A stretch of DNA of 64,000 bases from assembly GCF_006345805.1 (NCBI RefSeq), contig NC_043003.1, forward strand, positions 13,268,001-13,332,000, given 5' to 3'. The position numbers were made by a program, and so were the translations under genes. The notes under the pieces were generated by a model. That model saw only the letters and a program-made list of their open reading frames with translations, was not told the origin of the DNA and did not search any database. The DNA is from Octopus sinensis. Lineage: Eukaryota. The stretch's first letter is position 1. Every line of letters starts with the position of its first letter. Of this stretch, positions 27,701-41,800 are shown one piece after another.

Positions 27701-28771
27701 AGACAAAGGGATTAAGTCGATTATATCGACCCCAGTACATAACTGGTACTTAATTTATTGACCCCGAAAGGATGAAAGGCAAAGTTGGCCTCTGCGGAAT
27801 TTGAACTCAGAACGTAAAGACAGACGAAATACCTATTTCTTTACTACCCACAAGGGGCTAAACACAGAGAGGACAAACAAGGACAGACACACGGATTAAG
27901 TCGATTATATCGACCCCAGTGCGTTACTGGTACTTAATTTATTGACCCCGAAAGGATGAAAGGCAAAGTTGACCTCGGCGTAATTTGAACTCAGAATGCA
28001 ACGGCAGACGAAATACCTATTTCTTTATTACCCACAAGGGGCTAAACACAGAGGGAACAAACAAGGACAGACATAGGTATTAAGTCGATTACATCGACCC
28101 CAGTTTGTAACTGATACTTAATTTATCGACCCCGAAAGGATGAAAGGCAAAGTCGACCTCGGCAGAATTTGAACTCACAACGTAACGCAGACGAAATACC
28201 GCCAAGCATTTCGCCCAGCATGCTAACGTTTCTGCCAGCTCACCGCCTTAACATATATTTTTACTTAATAATTAGGGTTCAGCAAAGATTTGCTTTATTA
28301 AGTATTATTAAGTATAACTTAAGTTTACCATGAAATGGTCCTTTTGTCATGCCGAATTCTACTTGGTGAAATTATTGATTACTTCTTAATTAATTAATTT
28401 TACCCTTTGTTATTATTCATATATCTTTATGTTTATGTATATCATCATCATCATCATTTAACATCCATTGTCCATGCTGGCATAGGTTGGACAGTTTGAC
28501 CAGGGCTGGTAAGCTGGAAGGCAGCAGTCTGATTTGGTATGGTTTCTATGGCTGGATGCCCTTCCTAATACCTACCACTCCAAGAGTGTAATTGATGGTT
28601 TTACATGGCACCAGCATGGATGCCATTTGTGTGACCCCAGTATCTGCCACAACTGCAATTTTACTTGGCTTGATGGGTCTTCTTCTCAAGCACAATATGA
28701 TAATGCCAAAGGTTTCAGCCATTCATCATTGCCTCCATGAAGCCCAACACTCGAAAGGTGCTTTTTACATC

Positions 28772-28816
<45 letters not shown>

Positions 28817-31800
28817 ATATATATATGGAGGCACATAGCCTAGTGGTTGGAGCAGAAGACTTGCGGTCGAGGGATCGCGGGTTCAAATCTCAGACCGGGC
28901 GATGTGTGTGTTTATGAGCGAAACACCTAAGCTCCACGCTGCTCCGGCAGAAGGTAATGGTGAACTTCTGCTGACTCTTTCGCCACAACTTTCTTTCACT
29001 CTTTCCTCCTGCATCTTGCAGCTCACCTGCAATGGACCGGCGTCCCATCCAGGTGGGGAACCTATATGCCAAGGAAATCGGGAAACCGGCCCTTATGAGC
29101 CAGGCGTGGCTCGAGAAGGAACAAACAAACAACTAACATCATCATCATCATCATCATCATCATCATTTAGCGTCCGTTTTCCATGCTAGCATGGGTTGGA
29201 CGGTTCTACTGGGGTCTGTGAAGCCAGAAGGCTTCATCAGGCCCAGTCAAATCTGGCAGTGTTTCTACGGCTGGATGCCCTTCCTAACGCCAACCACTCC
29301 GTGAGTGTAGTGGGTGCTTTTTACGTGCCACCCGCACTGGTGCCAGACAGAGCTGGCAAACGGCCACGAACGGATGGTGCTTTTTATGTGCCACCGGCAC
29401 GAGGGCCAGGCGAGGCTGGCAACGGACACGAAACGGGGCGGTGCTGGCAACGGTCGCGAAACGGAAAGTTCTCTTACATGCCACCGGCACTGGTAACACA
29501 TCTGCAATTTCCATTGATCGATTTCCATTGATCGATTTCGATTCTGATCCTCACTTGCCTCAATGGGTCTTCACAAGCAGAGTTTCGACATGCCACCGGC
29601 ACTGGTAGCACATCCGCAATTTCCATTGATCGATTTCGATTCTGATCCTCACTTGCCTCAACACGTCTTCACAAGTAGAGTTTTGTGTCCCAAGAAGGGA
29701 AGGTATGCATACGTAGGCTGGCTCCATCCCATGTAGAAGGCCACGGGTTGTGGACTCACTTGTCCTGCCGGGTCTTCTCGCGCACAGCACACTTCCAGAG
29801 GTCTCGGTCTCTAGTCATTTCCTCAGTGAGACCTAAAGTTCGAAGGTCGTGCTTCACCACCTCGTCCCAGGTTTTCCTGGGTCTGCCTCTTCCACAGGTT
29901 CCCTCAACCGCTAGGGTGTGGCACTTTTTCACACAACTATCTTCATCCATTCTCGCCACATGACCATACCAGCGCAAACGTCTCTCTTGCACACCACAAC
30001 TGATGCTTCTTAGGTCCAGCTTTTCTCTCAAGGTACTTACACTCTGCCGAGTGTGAGTACCGGCATTACACATCCATCGGAGCATACTGGCTTCATTTCT
30101 AGCGAGCTTACGCATATCCTCAGCAGTCACGGCCCATGTTTCACTGCCATGTAGCATGGCTGTTCGTACACACGCATCATACAGTCTGCCTTTCACTCTG
30201 TGCGAGAGGCCTTTTGTCACCAGCAGAGGTAAGAGCTCTCTGAACTTTGCCCAAGCTATTCTTACTCTAGCAGTTACACTTTCAGCACACCCGCCCCCGC
30301 TGCTGACTTGGTCACCTAGGTAACGGAAACTATCAACTATTTCTAGTTTTTCTCCCTGGAAAGTGACGGAAGTTGGTCTCAGAGCATTTTCAGTGTTTAT
30401 TGTTCCTGAGCATCTGCCACATACAAAAACCATCTTCCTAGTTAGCCTTCCTTTGACATTGCTGCATCTCTTATGTGTCCATAGCTTACACTTGGTGCAT
30501 CTTATAGAGTTTCTACCTACACCTTTTCTACAGATCGAGCAGGGCCATCTACCTGAAGGTGTTTGTGATTTGTCTACCTTCCTACTGATTACGACTTTGG
30601 TTTTAGCTAGATTGACTCTGAGGCCCTTCGATTCTAATCCTTGTTTCCACACCTGAAACTTCTCCTCCAGTTCTGATAGCGACTCAGCAATTAGAGCAAG
30701 GTCATCAGCATAGAGGAGCTCCCAAGGGCATCCTGTCTTGAATTCCTCCGTTATTGCCTGGAGGACTATGATAAATAGGAGGGGGCTGAGTACTGAGCCT
30801 TGGTGGACCCCTACCTCTACCCGGAATTCTTCACTGTACTCATTTCCAACCCTCACCCTACTAGCGGCGTCCCTATACATGGCCCGCACAGCTCTCACTA
30901 ACCATTCATCTATCCCTAGTTTTCTCATTGCCCACCAGATAAGGGATCGGGGGACCCTGTCGAAGGCTTTCTCCATGTCAACAAAAGCCAGGTACAGGGG
31001 CTTATCTTTGGCTAGGTATTTCTCCTGCAGCTGCCTTACCAGGAATATAGCATCAGTAGTACTTTTCCCTGGCACAAACCCAAACTGCATCTCATCTAAA
31101 CTAACTCTCTCTCTAATTAGTTGGGCTATGACCCTCTCCGTAACCTTCATCACCTGGTCCAACAGCTTGATACCTCTGTAGTTATTTGTATCTAGGGCAT
31201 CACCTTTACCTTTGTAGCAGTTGACTATTATACTGCTACACCAGTCATTGGGTATGACCCCTTTGTGTATCACCTGATTAACTATATGGGTGACTAGGCT
31301 ATAGCCGACACTACCAGACATTTTGAGCATCTCTGCAGTGATTCCTGATGGGCCTGGGGCTTTCCCTGTCTTCATGCTTCTAATTGCCTTAGCTACCACA
31401 GAACTATCAACTCGGATAGCTGGTCCCTCTGTTGGGTCAACATTCGGCAGACTCTCTTTATCCCATTCATTTTCTTCATTCAGCAACCTTTCATAGTGGC
31501 ATCTCCAAACCTCTCTCTTTGCATCCTCATTTAGCGCAAGTGAACCATCTTCCATGCGAACACACTTCTCTCCTACCACATCACGATTCTCTCTCACACA
31601 CTGTCTTGCAACACGAAACACCTCCAGTCTTTGGTCCTCACGGCGCAGAACATTGGCAAATTTTTTCTTATCTGCTTCCCCTCTGGCTAAATAAACCTGT
31701 CTCCTAGCTTCTCTTTTGGCAGTCTGATACAATTCCCTGCTAACCCCATTTTTCCAGACCTTCCAAGCCTGTCTCTTTTCTCTAATAGCCCTGTCTACAA

Positions 31801-34800
31801 TATTGTTCCACCACCACGTTATTCTAGGTCGAGAGGGGACTTTGCACCAGCCACAGATCTGGTCAGTGGCTCTCAGCAGGTTGTCCCTTAGAAACGTCCA
31901 ACTGTCTTCTACCCCCTGTGATGCTCTATCCCCTTCTACTTCGTCAGAGGCTTCAAGTAATATGTCCCTAAATCTCTGTCCATTTGCAGGATCTTTAAGC
32001 TTCCAGATCCTTCTTCTCCATATTTGTCGTCTTCTGGTTGTCCTCCTAGTCCTGATCCTAAAGTCACTAGTCCTGATCCTAAAGTCACTAGTCCTGATAT
32101 ATATATATATATACACACATTGTTGTCATGACCAACGCCAGTGCTGCTTGACTGGAACCCGTGTCAGTGACATGTAAAAAGCACCATTCTAGCAGGGTCA
32201 ATACTAGTGCCACCTGACTGACCCCCGTGTCAGTGGCACATAATATGCACCCACTACATTCTTGGAGTGGTTGGTGTTAGGAAGAGCACCCAGCATCTCT
32301 TTCTTTCTCTTTCTCTCTCTCTCTCTCTCACTCTTTCTCTCTCTCTCCATCTGGCAGGTTCCTTAACCCTTTTGTTACTGCATTTATTTTGAGATGCTCT
32401 GTGTTTCAATTTATTTTAGATATAACAAAGAATTTAGTAAAATAACTTAGCTATCATTAAGCTAGTGTTAGGAACATTAATTGTGACTAAGGTTTGGTGG
32501 AAGATTTTAATGCAGAACTTATGAAAACAAGATATTTGTACTACTGAGCCAGAGCCGGTTTCAGCTGGGTTGGTAACAAAAGGGTTAAACTTGGATCGTT
32601 TGACACATCATTAGCCAGTTGTCATATTCTCAATGCATGCACATTACATCTGATTCCTCTAAGACAAATATTTCCTCTCAAATCATTTGTGCTCTGGGAG
32701 AAAATAAGAGAATCTAGTTGTTACCAACAGATTATAACTCCCTAATGTTTTGCATCATCATCATCATTTAAACATCTGCCTTCCCCTGTTTACATGTGTC
32801 ACACAAGAGCAGTTGGAGTAAAGTCTGCTATGGCCAGATCCCTTTCTTGGCGCCAATCCTCTCCTGCTTCCAGGCAAAGTAGTAATCCTTCAATTTCTTG
32901 AACATTTTTCCTATATCATTCAGCAAAGTACCTGAATACATCATCAATGATGTACTCTGTTCCCTGGGGTTATTAGGTGTTTCATGTCTTTCAACATCAG
33001 ACACCCTTACCTAGGTGACCCAACCACCTTATTTCCTGTTAGCACTACCCCTGGTAGCATTATCCCTTCCAGGAATCACACTTCCTGATCCACAAACACC
33101 TTGAGGCAGCCTCCTCTGCCTCCTCCACAGCCAAACTGATGGCCTTCTGTCTATTACTAAGCATATTCCAAGCTCTGCAAAGGGACTGGCCTGCAAACCC
33201 TCTGCATCCAACCCCGATGGGACCTCACCTCACTTGCCAATAATTGCTTTAGCATAACGCCAGTGGCTCAACATATTTCCTCCTTTTATTAATGTTTCCC
33301 TCTTCAATGTGATCCTCCCAGAGAACAAAGTGTACTAACAGGACCAAGTAGACCCCTGCTAATTTACCACAATTTTAAGTACTGCTTCATTAACAAGGTA
33401 TAGGAGTGGTTGTGTGGTAAGTAGCTTGCTTACCAATCACATGATTCCGGGTTCAGTAAAAGGAAACAAGAGGCAGACAGAAAAAGGAACTTTATAAGTG
33501 TGATAACCAAACCTTGGACTACACTAGCCTTGATGGAAGTAAATTAACAAGAACCTTGAGACACAAAGCAATTAAAATAGTTTGACAAAAAACTTCCAAT
33601 GAAAGAAATATAAAATCATAATTTTACAGCCTTGCTGGAAGGTTCTCTTGTTTTAGGGTTTAACCAGTTGATATTTCAAGCAGCAAAGGCAGTGAGCTGG
33701 CAGAATTGTGAGCACTCTGGGCAAACTGCTGAGCAGCATTTCATCCATCTTTATGTTCCGAGTTCGAATTCTGCCAGGGTCAACTTTGCCTTTTGTCCTT
33801 TCAGAGTTCGATAAAATAAGTACCAGTTGAACATTGGGGTTGGCATAATCAACTTAATCCCTCTCGCAAAATTGCTGGCCAAAATTGTACCAGAATTTGA
33901 AATCAATATTTATGACAGCAGATGTTGCTTTTGTGACAGTTTTTTTAAGGAGAGCAACTCCGGGTGTAGCATTACAAAATGGGTGGTGGAATTCACTGGG
34001 TCACTGGGATCACTAGAAAGGGACAAATGGTGCAGTAAAGTAGATATTCTTTCATAACAATCTCCAAAACGAGTTTTTGTTCCTCTTGTTTCAGCTGACA
34101 TTCCAAAGTGTGCAAGACAGTGGTCATTCAGAAATCATTGCTGTGGATGACATAGAACACCTGCCAGGCCCCTGTGATCCACAGGGCTTGTGTGATTTTG
34201 AGCAGGGGATGTGTGGTTTCACCAATGTGTATGGGGACGACTTTGATTGGATTGTATTCAGTGGTTCCAAACAGAGTTTTGTTTCAGGGCCTACAGAAGA
34301 TCACACCACAAATTCTCCTTCAGGTAAGCTGTGCAGGAATTTTTTGTTCTCCTTTTAATTATCCATTTTATCTTTAACAATTATCTCAAATATTAATTAT
34401 GAATTGCTGTTGTTAACTTGTAATCTTGTTGAATGTGATCTCAGTATTTAGATTTTAGTTTTCAAAAAACAAGTTCTTTAAACGAGCTATATTTTTTCCT
34501 GTAGTAGTCTGTAGCTAAATAGTTGAATGATCTCTCATGCATGAAGGTTTATAGAGCAACCTCCCTTTGCTAAGTTTCTCAAAGCATCTGTGTCATGAGA
34601 CATAATTCTTAATTATTCAAGAAGCTTAGCATTTTTCTTGGAAGTTTCTAGAATGTCAAGCGTTCCATTAATAAAAACAGCTTGCTAACCCTGATCTTTG
34701 CTTCTTAGTCGATTAGAGTTAGAGCCATTTATATTGTTGCTAATAATATACATGCTGACATATCAATACTTGATACTGAACATATATTCCCTCTACACTT

Positions 34801-35121
34801 CTCTCACTTCTTTCTGTAAAAAGAGCGTAGGCCCGAAACATCAAAGACTTTTCCATTCTTCCTGAGTGTCAAACTAATACACCTGCATGTTGTTCCCTCC
34901 CCTCTGTGTGTGTGTGAGAGAGAGAGAGAGAGTGCATGTGTGTATGAAAGAGAGTGCATGTGTGTATGAGAGAGTGTGTGTGTGAATATGTGTGTGTGAG
35001 AGACAATATGTGTGTGCATGAAAGAGAGTGTGAAAGAGTGTGTGTATTTATGTAGGGAGAGTGTGTGTATGTGCATGTATGTGTGTGTGTGTGAGAGAGA
35101 GAGAGAGGCAGAGAGTGTGCA

Positions 35122-35166
<45 letters not shown>

Positions 35167-35290
35167 GAGAGAGAATGTCTGTGTGTGTGTGGGTGTGACT
35201 TTATTTAATTTTCTCTTCAGAACCTCTTGGATTGTTGAGTTGGGTCAAAGTTCCATTTACATTGTTGAAATTTTCTTCGACCTCTGTGAC

Positions 35291-35332
<42 letters not shown>

Positions 35333-36828
35333 GAGAGAGAATGTCTGTGTGTGTGTGGGTGTGACTTTATTTAATTTTCTCTTCAGAACCTCTTGGATTG
35401 TTGAGTTGGGTCAAAGTTCCATTTACATTGTTGAAATTTTCTTCGACCTCTGTGACTTGTGTGTGTGTGTGTGTGTGTGTGTGTGAGAACACAGGTATTT
35501 TACCTCTATGGAAACATATTAATTACACCCATTATAATGATAGTGGCACAGTAGAACACAGTAGAATATAAGCTGCTGGTGATCGGATATTGTAATACCA
35601 TTTACTATTAGTGCTGCTTCTATTTCTAATCATTGCTAATTAATGAACCTGCTAGCTATTTGTGACATCAGAGCCAAAGAAGTCACTGAAATTTAATATA
35701 TCATTGACAGAGAGATTTGGCTGGTATGTAGCTAGCAGATGACTGACACTGAGGAGTCACAGTATGTCAAAATCACATGATCCAGCAATTCTGGCACCCA
35801 TAGCCGACAATTCTTGTCTGCCAACGATATATACATGTGTGCTTTAATGCACCATGCAGCCATATCAGAGGTCCTCTCAAGGTGAATACCATAGTAAACA
35901 GTATTCTAAAAGAACATCCACATTAAGTCAGATATAAAGATTGCCTTTTTGGTATTAAAACTGCTTTTGTCACTAATGATTGTTAGATTTTGTAACTATG
36001 GTTCTATTCCCTGGTATTAGCTATTTCCCTTATATTCAGTAACTTTGATTTCATCTTACCATTTATGATAATGTAAATGCCAACAATGAGGAGAAAAATA
36101 CAGAAAGACTGTTAGTAATATAGAGTAATAGATGTAGAAGATTGGGAATTTTTATATATATCTTACAGCATAATAATTAGTTATGAATTATTGTATTTAT
36201 ATGTTATCAAAATGTATAGTATTATATATCCATTGTGGTTGATCTTACCTATCAGTTTTGCACTAGCGGTTCAACAGGATGTTAGGTAACTGCTCAATTA
36301 TGTAACCCTGCACTCTTCAGAGTTGGCATGAATTCCCAGTACAAAACAAATGTATTATCATATATTATTTTTATCTGGTTTATTTCAGGTCATTATATGT
36401 ACATTGATACACGATTTAATCGAAATGAGAATGACAGGGCTTGGCTTAGTAGCTGGGAAAATGAGCCAACTAATGCAACATGTGTATCTTTCTGGTATCA
36501 TATGTATGGAAAAGGTATGTAAAACTATACACACACACACAGACACACACACACACACATATATATTCTTTTATTCTTTTACTTGTTTCAGTCATTTGAC
36601 TGCGGCCATACTGGAGCACCACCTTTAGTCGAGCAAATCGACCCCAGGACTTATTCTTTGTAAGCCTAGTACTTATTCTATTGGTCTCTTTTTGCCAAAC
36701 CACTAAGTTATGGGTACATAAACACAACAGCATTGGTTGTCAAGCGATGTTGGAGGGACAAACAGAGACACACAAACATATACATATAAATATGTGTATA
36801 TGTATATATGTATATATATATATTATAT

Positions 36829-36860
<32 letters not shown>

Positions 36861-38555
36861 CACACACATATATACGACAGGCTTCTTTCAGTTTCTGTCT
36901 ACCAAATCCACTCGCAAGGCTTTGGTCAGCCCAAGGCTATGAGTACCAACTTTAAAAGAAACATACGTACTGGTGGCAGTTTATTTTCCAAAACCCTTCG
37001 AGTGGGTTGCCCCAGCATGACCACAGTTCAGGGATTTAAACAAGTAAAAGATAAATGGTAAAGATCCATCACTAATGTTGACTCTTCAATCTCTCTGGAA
37101 AAATTAGCTGTGGGTGGACATAGAGAGGGATGGGCCCAACCAGGATTAAAATACCCAAAATGTACCCTATAACATAACAGCACCCAGTGACCCCATCAGA
37201 AGTTGAAGGCCCACAGAAAGAAGGATTATTGTGACAATACCTGCTTGTGTTTTTCTTAGTATGATGTTTAGTTTTTTTAACTATTTAAACTGTCAAGGTA
37301 TCAGTCACTCTCAGACAGGTTTATGGTCAAGTCTCCAGAGTCCTCAGCCCCCAGACCATATCCATGCTCACTGCTATAAGGGCGGAGAGGGCTATCTGCA
37401 AGTGTGAGTCCTGTGAGTCAGAGGGGTTGTTTCAGTGCATCTCCTTCACCATACTCCAGGACAATGCCTTTTCCATTTTGTCTGCTGGTGCCATGAGAAA
37501 TGTTTCTATATTGTGAGAGGCAACATTTGTCAAAATTAATTAATTCAAATAAAGCCAGTGTATTTCATTTAATCATCATCGTTTAGCGTCCGCTTTCCAT
37601 GCTAGCATGGGTTGGACGGTTCAACTGGGGTCTGGGAAGCCAGAAGGCTGCACCAGGCCCAGTCTGATCTGGCAATGTTTCTACGGCTGGATGCCCTTCC
37701 TAACGCCAACCACTCCGTGAGTGTAGTGGGTGCTTTTTACATGCCAGACGAGGCTGGCAAGCGGCCACGATTGGATGGTGCTTTTTACGTGCCACTGGCA
37801 CGGAGGCCAGCTTTTTCTGTCAGGTGTAGCAACCCAAGTTTACCCTTTCAGCTTCCTATTAACTGTGATAAACTATCATTCTTATCATATTTCTTTTTCT
37901 TTTCTTTCTTTTCTACTTATTTTTTTTCTTTTTGGTATTTAAGGTATGGGAGACCTGAATGTCTTCTATAAGAACAGTCAATCAAACAGGACAATTTGGC
38001 ATCTAAGTGGAAACCAAGGTAACATCTGGCTACTTGGCAACTTCACAATCATATCACCAACAACGTATGTAATCATATTTGAAGGAGTTCGTGGCAAGAC
38101 GTATACCAGTGATATTGCATTGGATGACATTAGGTTCCAGAATGGAACATGTGAGTCAATAGTTACAGTACCAACTACAACTGTGGCACCAGTTAAAAGA
38201 GGTGAGTCGTTGTAAAACACTAAAAGAATTTACTTTATGTACTTAGTGTACTTGATGTTCATAGTAAGTACCCAGAAGATCATTATTTCCATATCTAATT
38301 CTTTGACTCATGGGTAGGAGACGTTTTGGCACAGGCTTTTTTTGGCACAGCCATTTTCGGTACTGCCTATTTGGTATTGCTAATTTGATGCTGACTTATT
38401 TGACATCAGATGTTTTAATATTTTTCTTATTTTCTCTCTCCCCACCTCTCCCTCTCTCTCCTCCTCTCTCTCTCTCTCTTCATCTCTCTCTTCCGCTCTC
38501 TCTCTCTCACTCTTTCTCTCTCTTTCTATATATATATATATACGTATGTATATAT

Positions 38556-38600
<45 letters not shown>

Positions 38601-38856
38601 CCCACACCCCACCTGTGCTTTCCCCACTCTCGCCTCCCCCACCTCCCAACACCATCACACCACACTACACCATACCACACAACACATCACATCACAAAAT
38701 ATTTTTGTCGCTTTGAGACCACGATCTGTTCACTGACAAAATTCTGGTCTCAAAGCAACGAAAATATTTTGGTAAATTAAATTTAAATGTTGAAGTGAAT
38801 CTAATGGTTTTTGTGTGTTTCTTAAATGGCTTATAAACAGCTTCCATGCTGCAATT

Positions 38857-38898
<42 letters not shown>

Positions 38899-41800
38899 AT
38901 TCTTCCCTCTGCCGTAAGACTTCATTTCCACACACGCCAGCTGAATTCAATTCATCCCCAATTGAAAGACGCCTGTTGTTATGTCCTGTAATTATTTTTA
39001 TTGTATTTTTGTATTTATATTCGTGTAACATCGTCTGTTTTTCCGTCCTTGTTTCCGTATACATTTGATGCTTTTTTCCAAGGAATCTAATGCTCTTAGC
39101 GTAGTTTTTCTTGGGGTTGGCCTGATTGAAGCAATCTCAAGATTAATCAACTGAAATTGCGAGGATGATCCAGTTCTTGACTGAGGATAAAAGGCTTCGA
39201 ATGACCCGTCCTTGTTTTTTTGTATCGTCTATCTGGATGTTTTTTTGTCCCTTTTTGTATCACCTAGTTGTCCAGATGTTTTGCGTTCTTGTCCCATTTT
39301 GTATTATATATATATATATCCATATGTGTATATTTTTACATGCATGTGTGTATGTGTGTGCATGCATGTGTATGAGAAAGTAAGGAGGGATGTCAGGAAG
39401 GGCATCGCTGTTACACTTCCAGAAGGGAAGGGTCTTCCTTTGATTCTAACATGCAATGTCTGTGCAAGACCCTGCCTCAGTAAAGCTGGACTCATGAGTC
39501 ATCTTCGTAGTCATAAAACAAGACAGATGAGTGACAACTGGCCACTGGTGGTGGTGTAACACACCATACTAATCATATCTGTCGGGCATGTGGAAGAGAG
39601 TGTAATTCGGCAGGAGGACTTAAACGACATGCAAAGGTACATGAAGCCCAGTTACAACTACAGCCGGCTATTACCAGTAAAGGTTTTAGTTGCCAAGTTT
39701 GTACAAGACATTGTAGATCTTTAGCTGGGCTAAAAAGTCACATTCGATCACAGCACCAGTAACAGTGAAGCTTCGTGTAATGGCCATACTCGATAACGAG
39801 GGGGCAGCCATAAAAAAAAAAAAATATGTGTGTGTATGCATGTGTGTGTATATGTGTGAATGTGTGTGTATTTTGCCTCAGATATTAAAAACTACTGTCC
39901 TCAAGAGAAGCCCAATGTCCAGTAAGCCATGCTAAATCCTCAGCTTACAAGCAGCTGTGGCAAATCACCTCATTCCCTTCATTAACGTAAGTTCTTTCCC
40001 GGCCCTTTTCCTAAAGGGACTGCTTTACCAAAGAATATAATAACACAGTTGACATCATTCTCTAATTGTCAGCATTGTCATAAGTGCAGTCTTTTATCCT
40101 TTGATTGTTTCAGTCATTAGACTGCGACCATGCTGGGGCACTGCCTTGAATAATTTTTAGTTGAATGAACCAACCCCTGGTTTAAGTACAAGGCTTATCA
40201 AAAAAAAAAATTAAGTACCAGAGTACTTAATTGTTTTGCTAAGCCTGGTGCTTACTTGATTGGTCTCTTTTGCTAAACTGTTAAGCTATGGGGATATAAA
40301 CACACCAACAGAGGTCTGGCAAAGAAGAACGATAGAATAAGTACCAGGATTAACAAAAGAATAAGTCCTGAGATTGGTTAGTTTGACTAAAAATTCCTCA
40401 TGGCTGTGTCCCAGCATGGCCACAGTCTAATGACTGAAACAAGTAAAAGATAAAAGATATGTGACAGGCTTCTTTCAGTTTCCGTTCACCAAATTTCACT
40501 CACATGCTTTGGTCAGCCTGAGGATATAGTAGAAGACACCTGCCCAAGGTGCCATGGAGTGGGACTGAACCCAGAACCATGTGATCGAGAAGCAAATTTC
40601 TTACCCCACTGCCATGCATCAGAGATAATTAATCAACATTTTAGCATTGTAGTGTTTATATATAGTAATCATTTATCACCGTGATTACCATGACTGACCA
40701 GGCTATCAGATGTTGCTACACATCGCTGGTCACAATGCACTTCGCATTGTTTTTAACCTTCAAATAATGCCACCCTACTGGCTAAGTGAGCAGACCAACA
40801 GAAGAAAGAGTGAGAGAAAGTTGTGGCGAAAGAGTACAGCAGGGATCGCCACCACCCCCTGCCAGAGCCTTGTGGAGCTTTAGGTGTTTTTACTCAATAA
40901 ACACTCACAATGCCCGGTATGGGAATCAAAACCGCGATCCTATGACTGCGAGTTCGCTGCCCTAACCACTGGGCCATTGCGCCTCCACTAGTAATCATTT
41001 ATATGTATCATAATTATCATCAAGCTGCAACAGCACCTTCATCCATGTTCTACTGCTGCTTTTCCATGCTAGCATGGGTTGAACAGTTTTTGTTGTCTTG
41101 TTCTTTATTTTCTTAGGCAGTATTTTTTTGTTTTGGCTGGATGCCTTTTCTCTCACCAACACATATAGTTGCTGCTTATAGTTGTCTCAACAAGCAAGGG
41201 CACACAATTTTATATGTGGTCAATGCCAGTGGCACGTAAAAAGCACCATTCGAGCATGGTCAATTCCAGTGCCACCTGACTGGCTCCCATGCCAGTGGCA
41301 CATAAAAAGCACCATTCATATAGTTGTCTCAACTAGCAAGGGTACAAAACTTTATATATATTACTATACAATAAAATAATGTTTTTTTTTTTTTACTGAT
41401 AACCATATTTGGTGCTTTCTTTGTTCAGATATCTTCTTCCAGTGCACTTTCGAATATGGTTTGTGTGGTTGGCAGATAGATTCCACAACAAATGCTGAAT
41501 TTATGATCAGTTATGGAGTATTTATCTACAAGAGAGGTGGACCCCGCAGTGATCACACGCTAGGCAATCATTTTGGTAAGACTATTGGCAAATATTATTT
41601 TATTAGCTTTATTTCTTATATCAAGTCATCCCATAAGTTTTGTCTGAATTTTGAATAAAGAAAGCAAGTGATCAAATGTTATATTTAATTGAAATTTAAC
41701 CATCAATGTACTTTCCCTGATTATCTATGACTTTGCTCCATCTATTTACAAGCTTTTTAATCCCATCAATGTAAAACTCTTTTGGTTTCAAAGTGAAGAA

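Noticed and set aside
39165-39215. CTGAGGA..GAAT as a hammerhead
   Set aside because: No convincing stem I, II or III pairing, and GAAA is absent.
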